A stretch of DNA of 62,323 nucleotides, counting the filler, from Aduncisulcus paluster (lineage: Eukaryota), in assembly GCA_024181965.1 (NCBI GenBank). It is 4 parts of 4 records of this genome, joined end to end, with 100 filler letters (N's around TTAATTAATTAA, not from the genome) between each part and the next. Parts side by side here need not be neighbours in the genome. Positions count along the whole stretch, not along the records: positions 32,209 to 62,323 come from BQXS01009963.1; 3 more parts are not named here. One strand, written 5' to 3'. Position numbers and translations under genes: made by a program. Below, in pieces: positions 56,212-62,323 of the stretch. Below the pieces are notes generated by a model that saw only the letters and a list, made by a program, of their open reading frames with translations, was not told where the DNA came from and did no database searches. Position 1 is the first letter of the stretch, and the number at the start of each line of letters is the position of its first letter.

Positions 56212-59200
56212 CTATTTCAAATGAGGATTCTTAGGTGAACCTAAAAGAAGGCTTCTAAAGTGTCCACCCTCTTTCTTCTTCAGTTCCTCAGGAGTTCCGA
56301 TCTCAACGATCTGTCCAGCTTCCATAACAACAATCTTATCATAGTTCATGACCGTTTCAAGTCGATGAGCAACGGTTATCACAGTCCCCCTCGAATATCT
56401 TGATAATATGCACTTTTGTATCCATTCATCACTTGATCTATCAATTGAACTTGTGGCTTCATCCATCAATAAGAGAGTAGGAGGTCGCAGAAGAGCACGA
56501 CAAAGACACAGAAGTTGTTTCTGCCCAACTGACAAATTAGATCCACCTTCCATGATAGAAACCTGTAAAATGCATGAAATATCATCAATAAAGTTCTGAG
56601 AAGCAGAGGAATGTTCACCAGAAAACACTTTATCAGCCTTTTCGACAAGATCACATTCGGAAAATCTAACCTTAATAATATCAGCGCCAATACTATCCGA
56701 TTCTTGGAGAGATTCTCTCTTATAAATTTTATACAATGGGATAAAAAGACCCGTTTCGTAAATAACTTTGAGCATCTCACTATTTGAAGGAGTCCCAAGT
56801 GACGATTCTTCATGTGCAAATAATAGATTGTCCATAACGGTTCCTGCGAACAATAATGGATCTTGAGGAATATATACGATTCTATGTCTTAATGTGTGAA
56901 CACCCAATGAATGTATATCAATGCCATCGATAAGAATAGACCCTTGAGCAGCATCTTCACAGCATTCCCGATCAAGTTCGATCAATCTAAGAATTGAGAG
57001 GAGAAGAGAACTCTTTCCACTGCCTGTTCGACCAACGATACCTACTTTTTCCCCTCCAGTGATATGGAAATTAATATCTCTCAGAACCAAAGGAAGAGAT
57101 GGACGATATCGCATGTAAACATTGAAAAACGTCACAAAAGGAGATTCAGAAGGCCATTTAATAAGACATTCAGAATGTATAGGTTCAATAGCAACTTTCA
57201 CCATTTCAGTTTGGTCATATGGGGAATCAATCTCTGGTTTTCTGCTAGTTGCATGCTTTGGAGGGGCTGCTATCAATCGAATATCACTTTCTAATTGAAA
57301 CGATGCCTCTTTTAACGTTTCTAAAGAGTACTCTCTAACTCTTTCAACTGCATTCAACCCAACTTCTACTTCAATGAACCTCCTAACAATCCAACTCAGA
57401 GCGAGTGTAATATTCATTGAGTAACTCATCAATAACGAAGCGATGGATATAGAGATCCTTGAAGAATTAAGAATGAGGAGAATACTTGCCACAGTACACT
57501 GAATGATGGCTGAAAGGGTTTCTAGACGAAATGATGACCATCTGTTCATCTGTATCAGAACGTTGTAAGCTCGATTATTATTATTGATGTATTTTTGAAA
57601 AGTTTTGAAAAACATTCTTTCTCGGCCGAATGCACGTATTGTTTGAAGTCCATCCAAAACTTCGACCACAAGAGATGATAAAGGTCCGGATGTAACAGAC
57701 TCCCATCTCTTCACTTCCCTTTGAGTTCGCCGGAATCGAACAAGAATAATGGCATAAAATATTGAAATTGGAACAACGACTAACAAAAACCAAGGCAAGA
57801 ATATACATATTAATATCAACACTCCAAACACCTGAGTGAAAGAAGAAAGACATTCGAACACAACTTTAACCAATTTTGAATCAATAACGTTCATATCCTT
57901 TGAAAATCTGGCAGATATCCGACCAATGGGAGTCACATGGAAAAATGTTATCACAGTCTTTAGAATAGAGTCAACAAGAGTAGAATGTAAGGATCTAGAA
58001 ACATTGTATGAGAAAATGACAATGAATACAGCCTTTAACAGTGAAATGACTATTACAATTCCACATACTACCAGAAAAATAGATAAAAATGTTGTGTTTG
58101 TATTTACACTACTTTCAACACTATCACTCCAATCGCTTATTACTAAGTCTTGAAAGATCATCCCAACCCTTTGAGATATTAAAAGAACAATTACAATGAT
58201 AAACAATGCAACATACCCACTCGATAAAAATAGTTGAACAACTTCCCACTTAATATTTCCAGTCTTCTTTTGCTCTCGAAACTCATTTGATTGATGTTGG
58301 AAATCCTCTGATTCTGTATGCGAATAATCGTCATCCTTGGAAAAGCTAGTTTCAGACTGACTATCACCATATTCCCCACTCTCTGCCACCTCATGATCAT
58401 GTTTTTCAATACATATAGGAGACTCAATGTACCCATCCTCTCCTTGGATCTTGATAATCGATTGAAGTTGATGATATTCCTCCCAATATTCGCTCATAGA
58501 TTCATCTCTAGCTCCATCATGCATATCAATCTCTGCTATCTGCCTATCTTGCTCATCTGAATCACCACCAAAACTATCTACATGATCACGCTTTTCAATT
58601 TCTGATTTAAGGACTAGAGAAGATAAGATACTCTCACTTTCTTCACAATTAACGCCATCATAAATACATTCACCTTTCTTCATAACAATCAAACGGTCGA
58701 AGAATGATCGAAATTGAAGCTGATGAGTTGTCAGAATCAACAAACAAGAGGAAGCAAGTAACACAGGAAGGGGTTTATCTCTGATATCCTTAGATACAGA
58801 TAATACCGGATAATCCAAGGCTGGTTTCCATCCCCTATTCATAACAATGCGAGATACAAGTCTTTGAGCCACATGCATATCCACAGCACTCAAGGGATCA
58901 TCAAGGAGAAGGATATTGGCCTTATTGTAGATGGCACGAGCCAAAGATATCCTTGCCTTCTGACCTCCACTGAGAGTATGGCCTTTCTCTCCAATGATTG
59001 ATTCATCTCCGTGTGAAAACTGTTGTAAATCAGGAACAAGGCAGCACGTCACAAGTGTATGAAGGTAACGATCTTTCTCAAATTCATTCCCAAATACAAT
59101 GTTATTCCTTATTGTGTCATTAAAAATGAAGGGAGACTGAATAGCTAGAGATATCCGTGCGTTTGGTGATATTTGAACACCGGGCAGATGGGACATTGTC

Positions 59201-60972
59201 CTATTTGATGAAATGCCACAACATTTTGTTTCCATATCTCCCAATATCAATGAGAGAAGACTACTTTTCCCACTCCCTACTGATCCGATTACACAAACCG
59301 ATTCACCAAAATAGAATCTCATTCGAAGGTTCCGAAGAATAACCTTATCAGAGGAATCATCTCGAGATACCTCTTCTGAAATATCAGATTTATCGAAAGA
59401 ATCCTTTTCTACTTCTTCGTGTGATTTGTGGAATGATTCATGAAAACAACATTGGGAATCAGAAGCTGGAGATGAATCATTTGAAAGGAATTTCGATATG
59501 ATATCTTGATCTTTATATGAGTCTAAGGACCAAAATCCATCGACTCCTTGTGCAGATAACTCCAATGATACAGTATTATCTAAAACATCCTCCTCGCCAT
59601 CTTCCTTCTTTTCTTCTTTCTCTTCTGCTATTTCTTCTTTATGAACACTTCCCAACTGAATAGCAATAGATTTTGATGAGCTTTTACCTTTCTCTGACAA
59701 TCCACTCGTTTTGACAATCTCCAAATAATTCTTACTTGGCATGAAGCCTTCAATATCAACCATTTCTACACTTTGAGAACAACAAGATGTAGAAATATCC
59801 TCTTTAAACAATGAATCCTCAGTAATATTTTCATCAAGATCAGTCAAAAATACTCTAATACGATTCAACGCAGCTTTCCCTTCAACTGCTGTTGTGGCTA
59901 ACGTGGAGATGAATTGGATTGGAAAATATAAAATTCCAAACATAGTAATAGTTGCGAATGTATCTTCGGGCGTGAGACTTGAATTATTCGTCAATGCAAC
60001 AAGAGAGAAAGTTACACAACTCACACATGTTGGAAGGATATCATTGAAAAAGACTTGAAGTTGTTTCAAAAAGTTAATCCCCAAAAGATGTAACATTTGA
60101 CTATGTCTTGAATTCTTTATCCTTTGAGAGAATTGAAGCTCCATCCCACAAGCTTTCACAAGGTTAATTGCAGAAATGGCCTCATTCACTGTACGAACTC
60201 GTTCATCATTCAGTCGGAGTTGTTTCTGAATGCGAGCAGAAATGCATCCAGTAATAATTGTTTGGATGGGGATAAACAGAATTACCAAACCAACGCCAGC
60301 AAAACCAGCATACCCCACGAAATAGAATAAAATGCCCAGACCAAGAATAATGTGGATTGGAAGAGTTATAAAATGAATAGCGCATTGAGCAAACATTTCA
60401 ATACACTTAACATCATTGAAAATAATATTTGTTAGCAAACCAGAATTGAGATTTTGATGAATTTTATCTGGAATTCTCAAAACTTTCGAAAATATCATCT
60501 GTGAAAAAATTGTTCTAATGGCCATTCCGCCCTGAACCGTTGTTTTTAGAAAATATTGCATGCAAATTGATTGGATGAAAGGCGAGAAAAATATAATAAA
60601 ACATAAGAAAAAACTTAGGAGTATTTCCTTGATTGATGTCGATGTTTCCAGCATATTCATCATAGACACAACAAATCCAATTGAAAATGCGGCAAAAAAT
60701 ACAAGGAAGTCATGAATAAATTTCATAATGCCAGCTTTAATGTACATAGCCTTAAAAGGCTTCAAAATGGGAAATAATGAGGGAATATTATTTAAATTAT
60801 AATATGAACGAGATTTAAAGAGGGATTGTGCATCTAGAAAATGCATAAAAGGTTGTAATTGATGAAATTCAAGGGGTTGGCGATAAGCTGATCTTATCAT
60901 TGGGGAAAGGTATGAAAAAGAGAGATAAGATAATATATTTGCATTTTCTTCCGGTATATCATCCAAAAGCAT
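56212..60972 (-). CDS. ABCC/MRP-family full ABC transporter (TMD-NBD-TMD-NBD)
   Basis: NBD1 GSVGSGKSS, LSGGQKARISLARA, LLDDPLSAVD. TMD2 FFHVTPIGRISARFSKD. NBD2 GRTGSGKSS, LSVGQKQLLCL, LMDEATSSID, VAHRL. First ATG at 60972. Confidence 0.95.
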   Translation of the reverse strand: MLLDDIPEENANILSYLSFSYLSPMIRSAYRQPLEFHQLQPFMHFLDAQSLFKSRSYYNLNNIPSLFPILKPFKAMYIKAGIMKFIHDFLVFFAAFSIGFVVSMMNMLETSTSIKEILLSFFLCFIIFFSPFIQSICMQYFLKTTVQGGMAIRTIFSQMIFSKVLRIPDKIHQNLNSGLLTNIIFNDVKCIEMFAQCAIHFITLPIHIILGLGILFYFVGYAGFAGVGLVILFIPIQTIITGCISARIQKQLRLNDERVRTVNEAISAINLVKACGMELQFSQRIKNSRHSQMLHLLGINFLKQLQVFFNDILPTCVSCVTFSLVALTNNSSLTPEDTFATITMFGILYFPIQFISTLATTAVEGKAALNRIRVFLTDLDENITEDSLFKEDISTSCCSQSVEMVDIEGFMPSKNYLEIVKTSGLSEKGKSSSKSIAIQLGSVHKEEIAEEKEEKKEDGEEDVLDNTVSLELSAQGVDGFWSLDSYKDQDIISKFLSNDSSPASDSQCCFHESFHKSHEEVEKDSFDKSDISEEVSRDDSSDKVILRNLRMRFYFGESVCVIGSVGSGKSSLLSLILGDMETKCCGISSNRTMSHLPGVQISPNARISLAIQSPFIFNDTIRNNIVFGNEFEKDRYLHTLVTCCLVPDLQQFSHGDESIIGEKGHTLSGGQKARISLARAIYNKANILLLDDPLSAVDMHVAQRLVSRIVMNRGWKPALDYPVLSVSKDIRDKPLPVLLASSCLLILTTHQLQFRSFFDRLIVMKKGECIYDGVNCEESESILSSLVLKSEIEKRDHVDSFGGDSDEQDRQIAEIDMHDGARDESMSEYWEEYHQLQSIIKIQGEDGYIESPICIEKHDHEVAESGEYGDSQSETSFSKDDDYSHTESEDFQHQSNEFREQKKTGNIKWEVVQLFLSSGYVALFIIVIVLLISQRVGMIFQDLVISDWSDSVESSVNTNTTFLSIFLVVCGIVIVISLLKAVFIVIFSYNVSRSLHSTLVDSILKTVITFFHVTPIGRISARFSKDMNVIDSKLVKVVFECLSSFTQVFGVLILICIFLPWFLLVVVPISIFYAIILVRFRRTQREVKRWESVTSGPLSSLVVEVLDGLQTIRAFGRERMFFKTFQKYINNNNRAYNVLIQMNRWSSFRLETLSAIIQCTVASILLILNSSRISISIASLLMSYSMNITLALSWIVRRFIEVEVGLNAVERVREYSLETLKEASFQLESDIRLIAAPPKHATSRKPEIDSPYDQTEMVKVAIEPIHSECLIKWPSESPFVTFFNVYMRYRPSLPLVLRDINFHITGGEKVGIVGRTGSGKSSLLLSILRLIELDRECCEDAAQGSILIDGIDIHSLGVHTLRHRIVYIPQDPLLFAGTVMDNLLFAHEESSLGTPSNSEMLKVIYETGLFIPLYKIYKRESLQESDSIGADIIKVRFSECDLVEKADKVFSGEHSSASQNFIDDISCILQVSIMEGGSNLSVGQKQLLCLCRALLRPPTLLLMDEATSSIDRSSDEWIQKCILSRYSRGTVITVAHRLETVMNYDKIVVMEAGQIVEIGTPEELKKKEGGHFRSLLLGSPKNPHLK

Positions 60973-61109
60973 GACAGAAAATTCTGCAAAGAGAAAAATA
61001 GCTAAAATAGTCTTGTTGTTATTCAAATTCCCCAAAATAATTTTATTTCGTCAGAGCATACAATGAAATCATAATAGTAGATATTTTTAATTTTCTCGTA
61101 TTGTGATTG

Positions 61110-61370
61110 GATCAGTTATCGGCCACGGCCTGTAAGCACCGGCGAAAAAGATTTTAGTATCACTGATACTAAAGACTGGCAGTCTTCTTGTGTCTCGATA
61201 TAGAAACTTCAAATACAGCATTGGAATCCTCTTTTGATGATCACGGGATCCTTGAAGAGTGTCAGAGTCTTGACTGTTTTATAGATATCTATTTTGATTA
61301 TCGATGTGCAGCATGGAGATGCACCAAGGTTTACTAATATGCAATTAGTAACTGATATGAACCTGAGCAG
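61110..61370. ncRNA. Candidate structured non-coding element (cluster of hairpins/dyads), identity unknown
   Basis: Relatively GC-rich intergenic island with at least five short inverted repeats and no long ORF. Confidence 0.25.
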
Positions 61371-61433
61371 ATTGGAATTAATTAATGAATGTTTTTATGA
61401 TGTTTTAAAAACCAATTTATATTTATAAAATGA

Positions 61434-62323
61434 CTATCCCTCATCGGCCCTTTCTTGTGCTCTCTTTGCTCGCCAATCCACAATGGCTCCAAGGCTACTT
61501 CGTTTTGAGAACTTCCCGTGTAAGTGGGCATTGCTAAACAAGGGAGAGAACATGGAGTGGGGAAGGTCAGTCTGAAGAGCAGGAGGAAATGGATATGGAT
61601 GTTCATTTAAGGCAGCATGAGCAGGTTTCTTGGAACTTCCATCGATAAAATTGAGAGTGTGGGACTCGAGGGCAAATGAAGTCAATGAACAGAATAAATA
61701 TTGATGTAATGATGATGGAGGTGCAGACAGAGGATATGGTTGAATAGGATGCGAGGAGGATGAAGCATTGGGCGAGAATATGGACTCTGGACCGCCACCA
61801 ACTAATAACATTTCCTCTTCATCATCGTCAATCCTTCCATTGATCTTCTGAATAATACTATGCCATGTACGCTCACACACGCCAGCGCTGACCCTCCTTT
61901 TCCCTGTCTGAGCACCAGTACTCAGAGAATGACGGTATCCCTCTCTCGAAGAATGGAATGAGGAGCCAGGTTCCTTAATAGCAGAAGGAGGATGGACTTT
62001 ATCAGGAGCTCCAACAGTTGTTCCACTAACAAATTCATACACTTCTCCGTTCTTTTCACGAACCCTCCACACAATACCTTCCCCAAGAATAGCCGTCGCG
62101 GCAACCTTAAGAGCTTCCATCCCCGTTTTCTTGAGGATAGAGAAAGGAATCACTTTGTTATTTTTAAGACAACGTTTAGTGTGGGCACTGTCTCGAGTGC
62201 TTAAATACTTATATAGACCGCTCTTGATATACTTCTTGGGCCTTGTAGATGATGTTGACACAGAGAACTGGACAGTACCTGGCTGACTCTGAAAGGATGT
62301 CAAACCTTGGGACCCATTGCTGC
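61434..62323 (-). CDS. Hypothetical protein, C-terminal part (5'-partial)
   Basis: Frame open from the window edge to the stop at 61434 (about 295 codons). Confidence 0.7.
   Translation of the reverse strand, partial: SNGSQGLTSFQSQPGTVQFSVSTSSTRPKKYIKSGLYKYLSTRDSAHTKRCLKNNKVIPFSILKKTGMEALKVAATAILGEGIVWRVREKNGEVYEFVSGTTVGAPDKVHPPSAIKEPGSSFHSSREGYRHSLSTGAQTGKRRVSAGVCERTWHSIIQKINGRIDDDEEEMLLVGGGPESIFSPNASSSSHPIQPYPLSAPPSSLHQYLFCSLTSFALESHTLNFIDGSSKKPAHAALNEHPYPFPPALQTDLPHSMFSPLFSNAHLHGKFSKRSSLGAIVDWRAKRAQERADEG

Noticed and set aside
61110-61370. SRP (7SL) RNA or tRNA call
   Set aside because: No helix-8 CAGG-GNRA-AGCA core and no 3' helix-5 strand; no cloverleaf or TTCGA T-loop. Kept only as an unidentified structured candidate.
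1-62323. Non-standard (TAA/TAG=Gln) genetic code or prokaryotic origin
   Set aside because: Conserved genes end properly at TAA/TAG, and spliceosomal introns and eukaryote-specific genes are present.

Overview
AT-rich, gene-dense genomic DNA from a microbial eukaryote. It uses the standard code (TAA/TAG/TGA stops), has few short GTATGT...YAG introns, and encodes divergent, insertion-laden proteins. The style suggests a free-living fornicate or metamonad such as a Carpediemonas-like organism, but that is inference only. The window is four pieces joined by artificial N44-TTAATTAATTAA-N44 linkers. It also has five 20-N gaps flanked by duplicated sequence, some of which split or frameshift real genes. 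Recognisable genes: RPS12 and RPL12 (intron-containing, head-to-head), CK2 alpha, a CatSper4-like channel, an acyltransferase-3, an F5/8-type-C protein, Trm10, a metallophosphoesterase, an NlpC/P60 protein, a Nup155/Nup170 homolog (reconstructed from three ORF pieces), a DWNN-domain protein and an ABCC transporter. Several apparent pseudoenzymes are present: GT5 glycogen/starch-synthase-like, kinesin-14-like, ABCA-like and kinase-like. The most notable finds are (1) a 5'-truncated, doubly frameshifted Fanzor1/TnpB-type RNA-guided nuclease remnant at about 50.3-50.7 kb with a candidate downstream omegaRNA hairpin, (2) the CatSper4-like channel, (3) an unannotated intron-containing 63-aa microprotein, and (4) several structured non-coding islands. 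All homology calls come from motif recognition by eye; no database search was run.
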